A stretch of 64,000 nt of DNA from Actinomycetota bacterium (GTDB taxonomy: Bacteria; Actinomycetota; Acidimicrobiia; Acidimicrobiales; WLNW01), in the NCBI GenBank assembly GCA_009699605.1, contig WLNW01000001.1, forward strand, positions 8,960 through 72,959. The letters run 5' to 3'. Shown piece by piece: positions 24,051-33,683 of the stretch. Each line of letters opens with the position of its first letter. The stretch's first letter is position 1. The position numbers and the translations under genes are program-made. The notes under the pieces are model-generated. The model had not been told where the DNA came from and did no database searches. It saw only the letters and a list, made by a program, of their open reading frames with translations.

Positions 24051-24836
24051 CTACGGGTGCTGGCTGGAGACTGACAGGACCTCGCCGGTCATGTACGAGG
24101 AGTACTCGCTCGCCAAGAAGACCATGACGTTCGCGATCTCCCAGGTCTCGGCAGGACGGTTGAACGCCTCGAGACCGATGAGCGAGTCGAGGAACTCCTG
24201 GGTCGACACCTTCGCGAGGAACGGATGCATCGCGAGCGACGGCGCCACGCAGTTCACGCGGATGCCGTGCGGCGCAGCTTCGAGCGCGGCGCAGCGGGTG
24301 AGGGCCATGACCCCGGCCTTGGCCGCGGCGTAGTGCGCCTGGCCCGCCTGGGCTCGCCAGCCGATGACCGATGCGTTGTTCACGATCGCGCCGCCGGTGC
24401 CGCGCTCGATCATGTGCCTCAGCACCGCCCGCGTGGCCCGCATCGTGCCGTTGAGCGTGACATCGATGACCACGTTCCATTGGTCGTCGGTCATGTCGAC
24501 GAGGTTGGCCGTGCCGCCGAGGCCCGCGTTGTTGATCATGACGTCGATGCCACCGAGCTCGCGCACCGCCGCCGCAACGAGCCCTTGCACATCGTCCTCG
24601 CTGGTGACATTGCACATCGCGGACGCCGGCCGCCGGCCGGTCTCGGCCTCGAGGCGATCGACGGCCTCGCCGAGTCGGCGCTCGTGCACGTCGGAGATGA
24701 GGACGTGCGCGCCCTCTTCGATGCAGCGCTTGGCCGCGGCGTAGCCAATACCGGTTCCGGCTGCCGCGGTGATGACCGCGTTCTTGCCCGCGAGTAGCTG
24801 ATGGCCCGGTACGTAGGCGGGCGCGTTGGTGCTCAT
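24051..24836 (-). CDS. short-chain dehydrogenase/reductase (SDR)
   Basis: ATG 24836 preceded by GGAG. ITAAAGTGIGYA and YAAAKAG motifs. Confidence 0.9.
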   Translation of the reverse strand: MSTNAPAYVPGHQLLAGKNAVITAAAGTGIGYAAAKRCIEEGAHVLISDVHERRLGEAVDRLEAETGRRPASAMCNVTSEDDVQGLVAAAVRELGGIDVMINNAGLGGTANLVDMTDDQWNVVIDVTLNGTMRATRAVLRHMIERGTGGAIVNNASVIGWRAQAGQAHYAAAKAGVMALTRCAALEAAPHGIRVNCVAPSLAMHPFLAKVSTQEFLDSLIGLEAFNRPAETWEIANVMVFLASEYSSYMTGEVLSVSSQHP

Positions 24837-24867
24837 CGAAATCTCCAAAGGGGGTTGAGAGGCCAGC

Positions 24868-25758
24868 TCAGGGCGAGACTGGGACGTCGGGGACGTCCTT
24901 CATGAACGCCGCGACATCGGCCAGGGTGAAGTCGCGCTGCTCGGCGATCCAGGGCGTGCGCTGCCACGGCACGAACGGCCGGATGTCGCCGCCCTTGGCC
25001 ATGAACACCCGGCCGGTGAGCGCACACTCGGTGGACGCGAGATACGCGACCACCGGCGATACGTGATGCGGCGCGAACACGTCGAAGCCGCCGTCGTCGG
25101 GCTTCTTGACGAGGTCCTTGGTGCCCGGCGAATCCTCGGTCATGCGGGTACGACCGGCTGGCACGACGCAGTTGACGCGCACGCCGATGCGCTTGGCCTC
25201 CATGGCCAGGATCATGGTGAGCGACGCGATGGCCGCCTTCGCGGCGCCGTAGTTGGTCTGGCCGGGTGAACCGATGAGCCCGGACGTGGACGAGGTGTTC
25301 ACGATCGCGTTGGCGAGCTCCTTGCCCGCCTTGCTCTCGTCGCGCCATGCGCCCATGGCCACCCGCGACATACAGAACGTGGTCTTGAGGTGACCGCGGA
25401 TGACCGCGTCGAAATCGTCCTCGGTCATGTTGACGAACATCTTGTCGCGCAGCACACCAGCGTTGTTCACGACCACGTGGAGCTCGCCGAAGGCGTCGAC
25501 CGCGAGGTCGTACACCGACTGTGCGCCGGCCATGGTGGCCACGTCGGCATCGCTCGCCACAGCCGCGCCGCCTGCGGCGACGATCTCGTCGGCGACCGCT
25601 TGCGCGACCGTTGCGTCGTGACCCGTGCCGTCAGGCGCGCAGCCGAGGTCGTTGACCACCACCGACGCGCCTTCGGACGCGAAGAGCAACGCGTGGTGGC
25701 GACCAATGCCGCGACCGGCACCGGTGATGACGCAGATGCGCCCGTCGAGTGCACCCAT
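24868..25758 (-). CDS. SDR, MFE-2/Hsd4A-N-terminal-like 3-hydroxyacyl-CoA dehydrogenase type
   Basis: ITGAGRGIGRHHALLFASEGASVVVNDLG... and YGAAKAA. 296 aa with a C-terminal extension. Confidence 0.9.
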   Translation of the reverse strand: MGALDGRICVITGAGRGIGRHHALLFASEGASVVVNDLGCAPDGTGHDATVAQAVADEIVAAGGAAVASDADVATMAGAQSVYDLAVDAFGELHVVVNNAGVLRDKMFVNMTEDDFDAVIRGHLKTTFCMSRVAMGAWRDESKAGKELANAIVNTSSTSGLIGSPGQTNYGAAKAAIASLTMILAMEAKRIGVRVNCVVPAGRTRMTEDSPGTKDLVKKPDDGGFDVFAPHHVSPVVAYLASTECALTGRVFMAKGGDIRPFVPWQRTPWIAEQRDFTLADVAAFMKDVPDVPVSP

Positions 25759-25801
25759 GATGTCCCCCTCCCGCGCGAGCGCGGCTGCTGTTAGTGGGCG
25801 C

Positions 25802-26725
25802 TCAGCCCTGCGCGGTGGCCTCGGCGGCCTTGCGTTCTTCCATCTGCTTCATGCGCGACGCGAGCTCGGCGAGAAACGGGTGCTCCTCGGTCTTGATCGT
25901 GCGGGGCAAGATGTCAGCGATCTGTTCGGGGGTCCAGCGCCCGAGACCCGGGGCGAACATGCTGCGGACCTCCTTGGGCTGGTTCCACACCGAGATGCGG
26001 GGACCGACGCAGGTGTAGATCTGGCCGGAGATGTCCTTGGCCTGATCGGAGAGCAAGTAGGTGACCATCGGCGCGATGTCTTCAGGAGCGCCCATCTCGA
26101 GACCGAACGGCACCTGATCGCTCATGCGAGTCTTGGCCACGGGCGCGATGATGTTGGCGTTGACGCCGTACTTGAGCCCGGTGAGCGCTGCGCTCTTGGT
26201 CAGCGACACGATGCCGCCCTTGGCCGCCGAGTAGTTGGCCTGGGCGGTGGAGCCGATGAAGGCACCCGACGTGAACCCGACGAGCGACCCGCCCGTGGGC
26301 TGCTTGCGCATGACGGCCAGCGCAGCGCGGAACACCGTGAACGTGCCCTTGAGGTGGACGCGCACGACATCGTCCCATTCGGCCTCGCTCATGTTGAACA
26401 GCATGCGCTCGCGGAGGATGCCAGCCACGCAGACCACGCCGTCGATGGAGCCCCAGTTGCTGATGGCGGCGTCGACGATGGCCTGGCCCACGGCCATTTC
26501 GCTCACGTCGCCCGCGACGGCGACGGCGGTGCCACCAGCCCCGACGATCTCGGCGACGACGCCGTCGGCGACCTCGCTAGTGGGGTTGGAGCCGTCCATG
26601 GTCACGCCGTAGTCGGCCACGACCACGCGCGCGCCTTCGGACGCCGCGTGCAGCGCAACGGCCTTGCCGATGCCGCTGCCTGCGCCCGTCACCGCGATGT
26701 TCTTGCCCTCGAGAAAGCCGGCCAC
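25802..26725 (-). CDS. SDR, MFE-2/Hsd4A-N-terminal-like
   Basis: VTGAGSGIGKAVALHAASEGARVVVADYG... and YSAAKGG. 307 aa. Paralogous in layout to 24868..25758. Confidence 0.9.
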   Translation of the reverse strand: MAGFLEGKNIAVTGAGSGIGKAVALHAASEGARVVVADYGVTMDGSNPTSEVADGVVAEIVGAGGTAVAVAGDVSEMAVGQAIVDAAISNWGSIDGVVCVAGILRERMLFNMSEAEWDDVVRVHLKGTFTVFRAALAVMRKQPTGGSLVGFTSGAFIGSTAQANYSAAKGGIVSLTKSAALTGLKYGVNANIIAPVAKTRMSDQVPFGLEMGAPEDIAPMVTYLLSDQAKDISGQIYTCVGPRISVWNQPKEVRSMFAPGLGRWTPEQIADILPRTIKTEEHPFLAELASRMKQMEERKAAEATAQG

Positions 26726-26862
26726 CTGGAAGTCCCCTTGTTGTCGTACGTGCTGTCGTGCGTCGATGTGCGTTCGGTTCCCTGCGCCATTGCGTGACTA
26801 CGCCACGCGGGGCAGCGCCCGCTCGCCGCGCAGGGGAACGATGGACATTACCTTTGGTGCCC

Positions 26863-27642
26863 ATGACTGGGCGACTCGCGGGTGAAGTAGCGGTAGTGAC
26901 CGGATCCACGGCCGGCCTCGGCAAGGAGGTGGCCCGCCTCTTCGCGGCGGAGTCGGCGTGCACCGTGGTCACCGGGCGCAATACCGCCCGCGGCGACGCG
27001 GTGGTCGCCGAGATCCGGGCCGCGGGGGGCGCGGCCACCTTCTTCCGGGCCGACCTCACCATCGAGGACGAGGCCCGGGGCCTGATGCGCGCCGCCGCCG
27101 CGGCCTACGGACCCGTCACGGTGCTCGTCAACAACGCCGTGGCCCCCGAAGTGGTGGCGGCTGACCGCAAGCTGCTCGAGGTCCCGCCCGAGGTGTGGCA
27201 GCGCATGTACGAGGTCAACGTGATCGGCGCGGTCTGGCTGATGCAGGAGGCCATGCCCGGGATGATCGAAGTGGGACACGGGTCGATCGTGAACATCTCC
27301 TCGCGCACCGCCGAGCGTTCGTCGCCGAAGCTCGCGGCGTACACCGCGTCGAAGGGCGCCATGAACGCGCTCGCCCGCAGCATCACGCTCGACTACGCCC
27401 GCCAGGGCATCCGTTGCAACACCGTGCAGCCCGGCTACATCGTCCACGAGGAGCGCGACGCCGACATGACTCCCGAGCGCGTGCGTTACATCACCGACAT
27501 GAGCCTCACCCGACCGGCCACGGCCCGCGACGTGGCGTATGCGATCCTGTTCCTCGCCTCGCACGAGGCCGAGTGCATCAGCGGGGTCACGTTGCAGGTC
27601 GACGGCGGATCCTCGTTCGCGCGTTCGCGCACCATGGACTGA
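26863..27642 (+). CDS. short-chain dehydrogenase/reductase (SDR)
   Basis: Start at internal Met MTGRLAGEVAVVTGSTAGLGKE. YTASKGA. Confidence 0.9.
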   Translation: MTGRLAGEVAVVTGSTAGLGKEVARLFAAESACTVVTGRNTARGDAVVAEIRAAGGAATFFRADLTIEDEARGLMRAAAAAYGPVTVLVNNAVAPEVVAADRKLLEVPPEVWQRMYEVNVIGAVWLMQEAMPGMIEVGHGSIVNISSRTAERSSPKLAAYTASKGAMNALARSITLDYARQGIRCNTVQPGYIVHEERDADMTPERVRYITDMSLTRPATARDVAYAILFLASHEAECISGVTLQVDGGSSFARSRTMD

Positions 27643-27654
27643 GAGGTTCTCCAC

Positions 27655-28494
27655 ATGACGGCATCCACGTTGCTGCAGGGCAAGGTCGTGATCATCTCGG
27701 GGGTCGGTGTCGGGTTTGGGCGCGACCTCGCCCTGGCTATGGTCGAGAACGGGGCCCAGGTGGTGCTCGGCGCGCGGCGCGACTCCACGCTGCAGTCGGT
27801 CGCCGCCGAAATCGAGGCGTCGGGCGGCGAATGCGTCTGGCGCACCTGCGACATCACCGAGCCCGAACAGTGCGAAGCGCTCGCGCAACTGGCGGTCGAT
27901 ACGTTCGGCGGCCTCGATGTGCTGGTGAACAATGCGTTCGACCCGGGAGTGTTGAAGGGCAGCCCGTACGAGTGGGAGCCGTCCGGCGATCCCGTCACGT
28001 GGGAGCCGCTCCTCACCGCGGATCTCGACGTGTTCCGGCGGGCGATGGACGTCAACTTCTTCGGCACACTGAACATGACGCGCGCCGCCGTGCCGCACAT
28101 GCAGACGCGCGGCGAGGGTCGCGTGATCATGATCAACACGCAGTCCTCGATGTGGATCAAGCCGATGCACGGCGCGTACGCGTCGTCGAAGGGTGCACTC
28201 TGGACCGTCACGAAGACGCTTGCTCGCGAGCTCGGCCCGCTCGGCATCCGGGTGAACGGCCTGCACCCCGGCTTCATCGACGGAATCCCCGTGTCGAAGT
28301 CCATCAACGAGAGCGCCGACCGCATCGGCATGCCGGTCGAACAATTGCGCCAGGCCATCGCTGCGGAGACCTGCCTCGGCTACCTCCCACCGGGCGACGA
28401 GCTGGCGGGCGCCGCGGTGTTCTTCGCGTCGGATCTGGCCCGCCCCATCACCGGACAGGCGCTAGCCATCAACGCCGGGCACTGGCTGCACTGA
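27655..28494 (+). CDS. short-chain dehydrogenase/reductase (SDR)
   Basis: VVIISGVGVGFGRD (divergent Gly motif) and YASSKGA. 279 aa. Confidence 0.85.
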   Translation: MTASTLLQGKVVIISGVGVGFGRDLALAMVENGAQVVLGARRDSTLQSVAAEIEASGGECVWRTCDITEPEQCEALAQLAVDTFGGLDVLVNNAFDPGVLKGSPYEWEPSGDPVTWEPLLTADLDVFRRAMDVNFFGTLNMTRAAVPHMQTRGEGRVIMINTQSSMWIKPMHGAYASSKGALWTVTKTLARELGPLGIRVNGLHPGFIDGIPVSKSINESADRIGMPVEQLRQAIAAETCLGYLPPGDELAGAAVFFASDLARPITGQALAINAGHWLH

Positions 28495-28532
28495 GCGAAC
28501 AGCTCACCGACCGCACTGAGCGAACAGCTCAC
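28488..28532. repeat. 20-bp direct repeat x2 (period 25) spanning the SDR stop codon
   Basis: GCACTGAGCGAACAGCTCAC occurs at 28488-28507 and again at 28513-28532. Confidence 0.8.
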
Positions 28533-28606
28533 GCGAATTACAAGCGTGGCATCCGTCATGACGTGATGCTTCGTGGCTACGTTACGAAATGGCGTCGGGC
28601 GGACAC

Positions 28607-28640
28607 CACGTGGAAACACGTGCCCTAGCGCGGCACGTGT
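28607..28640. promoter_or_regulatory. cluster of three CACGTG palindromes upstream of the GGDEF-EAL gene (candidate operator)
   Basis: CACGTG at 28607-12, 28617-22 and 28634-39. The last two sit in a 9-bp inverted repeat, ACACGTGCC-n7-GGCACGTGT (28616-28640). The cluster lies 57-90 nt upstream of start 28697. Confidence 0.3.
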
Positions 28641-28696
28641 CGATTCGTGGGTCGGGGCACGCCTTCGAGCGAAGCCCCGACGACGAATGGTGACAG

Positions 28697-30877
28697 GTGA
28701 CGGAACGCAGCCGAGCCCGCAGGCAGCAGTCCGAGCGAAGCGAGCACATCGATGAACGGCTCGCGGCACTCGCCGATTCGAGAACCGACGATCACACCCG
28801 TGCGCTGCAGGCGCGCGTCGTGCTGGAGGGCATGCGACACTTCGCGGGCCTCGTCGACATCGACGGCACGCTGCTCGACATCAACCGGCGTGCGCTCGAG
28901 ACGACCGGGTTGTCGCGCGGCGAGATCCTCGGGCGCCCGCTGTGGGACACGCAGTGGTTCCGGGCGAACCCGGCCGGCCGTGCGCAGATCCGCAACCTCA
29001 TCGAACGTGCCCGCACCGGCGAAGCGACGCACGATGTGGTGCTCTACCGCTCGACCCTCGGCGCGCCGCACGACATTCCGATCGAAGTGACGTTCACCCC
29101 GGTGCGCGATGTCGACCATGGCGTCGTGTTCCTGGTGGTCGAAGCGCAGAACATTGCGGCGCGTCACGCGGCCGAGGCGATCCTCGAGGCGAAGAACCGA
29201 CAACTCGCCGAATCGGAGGCGCGCTTTCGTGCGCTGGCCGAGAACACGTCGGACCTTGTGTGCCTCCACGACCCCGATGGCATCTACCAGTACCTTTCGC
29301 CCTCGGTGCGGAAGTTGCTCGGCTACGAGGCGCGCGAACTCGTCGGTACGCATCCGATCGACCGTGTGCATTCCGAGGACCGCACTCTCGTCGAGGACGC
29401 GCTGCACGCGGTCGGCGCGAGCGGCACCTCGAGCCAGGAGTTCAGCCATCGCGTGCGGCGACGCGGCGGGGCGTACGTGTGGTTCGAGTCGGTGGTCACG
29501 GCGATCATGGGTGGCGATGGCAACGTGGTTCAGCTGCAGTCGTCGTCGCGCGACATCACCGAACGCAAGCGCACCGAGCAGGAACTGGTCCGGCTGGCTT
29601 TCCACGATGATCTCACGGGTCTGCCGAACCGCGCGTTGCTGCTCGATCGGATCAGCCAAGCGTTGAAGGTGACCCTTCGCACGCGCCAGAACGTGGCTGT
29701 GCTGTTCATCGACCTCGACGGCTTCAAGGCCGTCAACGACACCATCGGTCACTACGCCGGCGACGCGACGCTCGTCGCGGTGGCCGAGAGACTCACGGGC
29801 ATGGTGCGCCCGGGTGACACCCTGGCCCGCCTTGGCGGCGACGAATTCGTGATGCTCTGCACCTGCGTCGACAACACGCAGGCGGCCACCGACGTCGCGA
29901 GTCGCGTGCTCCACGCGCTGAGCCAACCGTTCACCGTTTACGGCCGCATCATCGACCTATCGGCCAGCATCGGCATCTCGGTGTCGGCCGGCGAGGACGA
30001 TCCGTTGCGCCTGGTCGAGAACGCCGACACCGCCATGTACGAGGCGAAGCGCGCAGGACGAAGCCGGTATCTCGTGTTCGATCCCGAGGAGCGCAGCTCC
30101 ACGCTGAACAAGCTGGCGACCGAGTTCGCGTTGCGGCGCGCCGTCGAACGGGGCGAACTCCGGCTGCACTACCAACCCGAGATCGACCTGCGCACCGAGA
30201 AGGTCGTGGGCTTCGAGGCGCTCGTGCGGTGGCAGCGCGACGACGGCACACTCATCCCACCGAGCGAGTTCATCCCGCTGGCCGAGGAGACGGGGCTCAT
30301 CGTGCCCATCGGGCGTTGGGTCATCGAAGAGGCATGCCGTCAGATCTGCATCTGGGAGCGCATGCGCCCCGACCATGAGCGCCCGCGCGTCTGGGTCAAC
30401 CTCTCCGCGCGGCAACTCGGTGAACCCGACCTCGTGCCCACGATCGTAGCGGCCATCCACGACCGCGAAATCTCGCCCGATTCGATCTGCCTTGAGATAA
30501 CCGAGTCGGCCCTCATGCAGGACGCCGAGGCCGCCACCGCGCAACTCGACCAGCTGCGCGGGCTCGGCATCAGCCTCGGCGTCGACGACTTCGGCACGGG
30601 TTACTCGTCGCTCGCCTATCTGAACCGGTTCCCGCTCGATGTGCTGAAGGTGGACCGTTCGTTCGTCGCCGGCCTCGGCAGCGACCCCGAATCTGAGACG
30701 ATCGTCGCCGCCATCATCGATCTCGCGCATGCACTCGAGCTCACGGTGATCGCCGAGGGGGTCGAGAACGACGAGCAGCTCGCCGTGCTGCGCCGCCTCG
30801 GCTGTGATCAGGCGGTGGGCTTCCACTTCAGTCGCCCGAAGGCGCCTGAGGAGCTCACCGAGCTCATCCTCGCCTAA
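28697..30877 (+). CDS. PAS-PAS-GGDEF-EAL c-di-GMP signalling protein
   Basis: 726 aa. Two PAS-like segments, LARLGGDEFVML (GGDEF), EALVRW and DDFGTGYSSL...KVDRSF (EAL domain blocks). Confidence 0.9.
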   Translation: MTERSRARRQQSERSEHIDERLAALADSRTDDHTRALQARVVLEGMRHFAGLVDIDGTLLDINRRALETTGLSRGEILGRPLWDTQWFRANPAGRAQIRNLIERARTGEATHDVVLYRSTLGAPHDIPIEVTFTPVRDVDHGVVFLVVEAQNIAARHAAEAILEAKNRQLAESEARFRALAENTSDLVCLHDPDGIYQYLSPSVRKLLGYEARELVGTHPIDRVHSEDRTLVEDALHAVGASGTSSQEFSHRVRRRGGAYVWFESVVTAIMGGDGNVVQLQSSSRDITERKRTEQELVRLAFHDDLTGLPNRALLLDRISQALKVTLRTRQNVAVLFIDLDGFKAVNDTIGHYAGDATLVAVAERLTGMVRPGDTLARLGGDEFVMLCTCVDNTQAATDVASRVLHALSQPFTVYGRIIDLSASIGISVSAGEDDPLRLVENADTAMYEAKRAGRSRYLVFDPEERSSTLNKLATEFALRRAVERGELRLHYQPEIDLRTEKVVGFEALVRWQRDDGTLIPPSEFIPLAEETGLIVPIGRWVIEEACRQICIWERMRPDHERPRVWVNLSARQLGEPDLVPTIVAAIHDREISPDSICLEITESALMQDAEAATAQLDQLRGLGISLGVDDFGTGYSSLAYLNRFPLDVLKVDRSFVAGLGSDPESETIVAAIIDLAHALELTVIAEGVENDEQLAVLRRLGCDQAVGFHFSRPKAPEELTELILA

Positions 30878-30956
30878 AGCCGCCGAGATCGCGCGAACCA
30901 CATCGAGCGTGGCGCAACGCGATGTCGAACGAGAGCGATGTCGAGTGAGAGCGAGG

Positions 30957-31541
30957 TCAGCGGGGGTCGAGCAGCAGGTGCGCGGTGAGGGCGAGGTCGT
31001 CGCCCATGGCGCCCAACGGGGTGACACCGCCGACCCATTGCGAAATGCCCGACGACCACACGTGCGCCATCACCCGACAGACGCCATCGACGTCGACCCC
31101 CTGCGGGGGCGGTGAACCGAGCGCTTCGCGGACGATCTCGCGCATGAGCGTATGAAGCTGGCGCGACTTCTCGGCCACGGTGATCGACGGCGACGACATC
31201 GCGGTCATGAGCGCTCGTAGCAACGGTGTCGCGTCCTCGGGGACCCGAGCTGCGGCGCGGAGCGCGTCGGCCAACTGCTCCGCGGCGGTGTTCCCGCGGC
31301 GAGGGCGAACGGCGATCCGCTCGCGCAGGCCTTCGACCCAGGCAACGAGCCCTTCGGCGAGGATCTCGTCCTTCGATGCGAAGTAGCGGTAGATCGTGCC
31401 GAGCGCGACATCGGCCTGCGCAGAGACCTCGCGCATCTGAACTGCGTCGTAGCCGCCGCCGCGGGCCAGCTGCATCGCTGCTTCAATGACGCGAGCTCGG
31501 CGCTCCGCCTGCTTCCGTTCCCTTACGCCACATGGTTCCAC
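30957..31541 (-). CDS. TetR-family transcriptional regulator
   Basis: RRARVIEAAMQLARGGGYDAVQMREVSAQADVALGTIYRYFASKDEIL is a canonical TetR HTH. 194 aa. Confidence 0.85.
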   Translation of the reverse strand: MEPCGVRERKQAERRARVIEAAMQLARGGGYDAVQMREVSAQADVALGTIYRYFASKDEILAEGLVAWVEGLRERIAVRPRRGNTAAEQLADALRAAARVPEDATPLLRALMTAMSSPSITVAEKSRQLHTLMREIVREALGSPPPQGVDVDGVCRVMAHVWSSGISQWVGGVTPLGAMGDDLALTAHLLLDPR

Positions 31542-31643
31542 TCAACAGCGCTTCTTATCAGGTCACGGGTACTCGGGGCCAGAGGACCGCCCGATGGAGC
31601 CGCAGGGCACACGGGGCGAACCGCTCCCCTACGCTGCCAGCTC

Positions 31644-32588
31644 ATGGTCACGGTGCTGCATCACCCACGTCCCGACGCCATGGCGTCGCTCCGAGCACAG
31701 TTCCCCGATGTGGTCTTCGTGCCAATACCGACCACCGGCGAACTGCCTCCCGATGCGAAGGGCGACGTGTTGCTCAGCACTGCGATCGGCGCCGACACGC
31801 TCGTCGCGGCCCTCGATCGTGGGGTGCGCTGGGTCCACACCATCGGCACCGGCGTCGACCGGTTCCCGGTCGAGGACGTGCACGACGACCAGGTGCTTAC
31901 GTGTTCCAGAGGCGCAAGCGCTATCCCCATCGCCGAATGGACGCTTGCGATGATGCTCGCATTCGAGAAGCGACTCCCCGAGACGTGGATAACGGCGCCA
32001 CCCGTGCCACCGAATCGATGGCATCAGGCCGGCCTGGGTGGGCTCCATGGATCGACCGTCGCGATCCTCGGCCTCGGTTCGATCGGGGTCGAAGTCGCCA
32101 AACGCTCGCTGTCCTTCGGCATGCGCGTACGGGCTATACGCCGTCGGGCCGATGCGCCATCTCCGCTCCCAGGCGTCGAGCTGGTCGACTCCGCAGCCGA
32201 GGCAGTGACCGGGGCCCGCCACATCGTGATCGCCGCGCCGCTGACGCCCGCCACCCGCCACCTCGTCGGCCATGAGCTCCTCCGGCGCCTGACGCCCGGA
32301 GCGCACATCGTCAACATCGCGCGCGGCGGGATCGTCGATCAGGACGCGCTGCGGGTCGCTCTCGATGACGGCACGGTGGCCTGCGCGTCGCTCGACACCG
32401 TCGACCCCGAACCGCTACCCGCGGGCCATTGGCTGTACTCGCATCCGCAGGTGCGACTCAGCCCGCATGTGTCGTGGAGCCAACCGATGTCGATGGAACT
32501 GCTCTATGAGATGTTCGCCGCGAACCTCACCCGCTACGTCGCCGGGGAACCTCTCGAGGGCATCGTCGATCGCGCCGAGCGGTACTGA
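31644..32588 (+). CDS. D-isomer-specific 2-hydroxyacid dehydrogenase family protein
   Basis: VAILGLGSIGVEVAKR (NAD Rossmann fold), ...IVNIARGGIVDQDAL..., ...SPHVSW. 314 aa. Confidence 0.85.
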   Translation: MVTVLHHPRPDAMASLRAQFPDVVFVPIPTTGELPPDAKGDVLLSTAIGADTLVAALDRGVRWVHTIGTGVDRFPVEDVHDDQVLTCSRGASAIPIAEWTLAMMLAFEKRLPETWITAPPVPPNRWHQAGLGGLHGSTVAILGLGSIGVEVAKRSLSFGMRVRAIRRRADAPSPLPGVELVDSAAEAVTGARHIVIAAPLTPATRHLVGHELLRRLTPGAHIVNIARGGIVDQDALRVALDDGTVACASLDTVDPEPLPAGHWLYSHPQVRLSPHVSWSQPMSMELLYEMFAANLTRYVAGEPLEGIVDRAERY

Positions 32589-32628
32589 TCCGTCCGGTTC
32601 AACGCCGACACCCGGCACACTTGGCGAT

Positions 32629-32820
32629 GTGAAACTGCCCGAAAGCCGGCACGACCGACGTGTACGCGACGAGGCGCTCGTCCGATTAGGCAAGCGTGTT
32701 GCCATCGTCGGAGTGCCCACGCTCCTCGTTGGCTCGCTCACCCACGCACTGGGCGTACCGTGGTGGATGGTGCTCATCGCCGCACTCGTCATCGTCTGCT
32801 TCGGCGTGTTCGAGGCCTGA
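32629..32820 (+). CDS. possible small membrane protein (63 aa, two hydrophobic segments)
   Basis: GTG start. VAIVGVPTLLVGSLTHALGVPWWMVLIAALVIVCFGVF. The stop lies 2 nt before the HAD gene's GTG. GC3 is high in the hydrophobic part. Confidence 0.35.
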   Translation: MKLPESRHDRRVRDEALVRLGKRVAIVGVPTLLVGSLTHALGVPWWMVLIAALVIVCFGVFEA

Positions 32821-32822
32821 GC

Positions 32823-33548
32823 GTGCTGCGACCAGGGTCCCCCGGCGTCCCATGGGACGTGGTGCTGTTCGATCTCGATGGCACCCTCACCGATCCACAC
32901 GTGGGCATCACCCGCTGCCTCGCCCACGCGCTCGACTCGGTCGGGCAACCAGTCGAGGACCCCAACTCCCTACGAGTCTTCATCGGCCCACCCCTCATCG
33001 AGGGATTCGCCGAGATGGGCGTTCCCCATAACCGCATCGAAGACGCGATCGCGGCGTATCGCGATCGCTTCACGAAAGTCGGCATGTTCGAGAACGCGTT
33101 GGTCGACGGCATCTTCCCCGTACTGCTCACGCTGCTCGCGCAGGGCACCCGTCTGGCTGTGGCCACCTCCAAGCCCGAGCCCTTCGCCGAGAAGATCCTC
33201 GAGCACTTCGACATCAACGAGCTGTTCGAGGTGATCGCCGGCGCCACTCTCGACAACCGGCGGCGCCACAAGGAAGACGTGATCGCGCATGCGCTCGACG
33301 CGCTTGACCACCCCACTGCGCAGAGCGTCATCATGGTCGGCGACCGCGAGCACGACGTCTACGGTGCGCGCGCCCATGGCATCGAGTCGATCGGCGTGCT
33401 GTGGGGTTTCGGCTCGCGCGGCGAACTGCTCGACGCCAACGCCGAGCACATCGTCGCGACCATCGACGAGCTTGCGCTCCTGCTTGCCCCTCCACGCGGC
33501 ACACCGACCCGCCGACGCGATCACATCAAGCTCGTACCGCCCAGCTGA
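32823..33548 (+). CDS. HAD-superfamily hydrolase (phosphoglycolate-phosphatase-like)
   Basis: VLFDLDGTLTD (DxDxT motif I), ...VATSKPE..., ...MVGDREHDV. Confidence 0.85.
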   Translation: MLRPGSPGVPWDVVLFDLDGTLTDPHVGITRCLAHALDSVGQPVEDPNSLRVFIGPPLIEGFAEMGVPHNRIEDAIAAYRDRFTKVGMFENALVDGIFPVLLTLLAQGTRLAVATSKPEPFAEKILEHFDINELFEVIAGATLDNRRRHKEDVIAHALDALDHPTAQSVIMVGDREHDVYGARAHGIESIGVLWGFGSRGELLDANAEHIVATIDELALLLAPPRGTPTRRRDHIKLVPPS

Positions 33549-33630
33549 CGGCTCACCATCGCAGCCACGCCTCGAGGTTCGCACGAGCCGTCGGCCACTC
33601 GACGCCCGGTATGCGGCTTTCAGATTACCG

Positions 33631-33654
33631 AACTACAAATCCCGCTTCGCGGGA
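33631..33654 (-). terminator. candidate intrinsic terminator of the VOC/SDR/acyl-CoA-synthetase transcription unit
   Basis: The minus strand reads TCCCGC-gaa-GCGGGA followed by TTTGTAGTT, 30 nt downstream of the stop at 33684. Confidence 0.35.
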
Positions 33655-33683
33655 CACCCATATGCGCCCTGTCATTTAGCCCT

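Noticed and set aside
26848-28344. 498-aa minus-strand ORF antisense to two SDR genes; similar long antisense ORFs at 28625..29926, 59228..61426, 41025..42164 and 44810..46213
   Set aside because: Same reasoning: Arg/Gly/His-rich junk translations overlapping genes with clear family signatures. Long spurious ORFs are expected because stop codons are rare at ~70 % GC.
30921-30950. Short direct repeats (GCGATGTCGA x2, GAGAGCGA x2) between the EAL gene and the TetR gene
   Set aside because: They are very short and imperfect, lie in a 79-bp convergent gap, and are compatible with chance or a weak terminator region.
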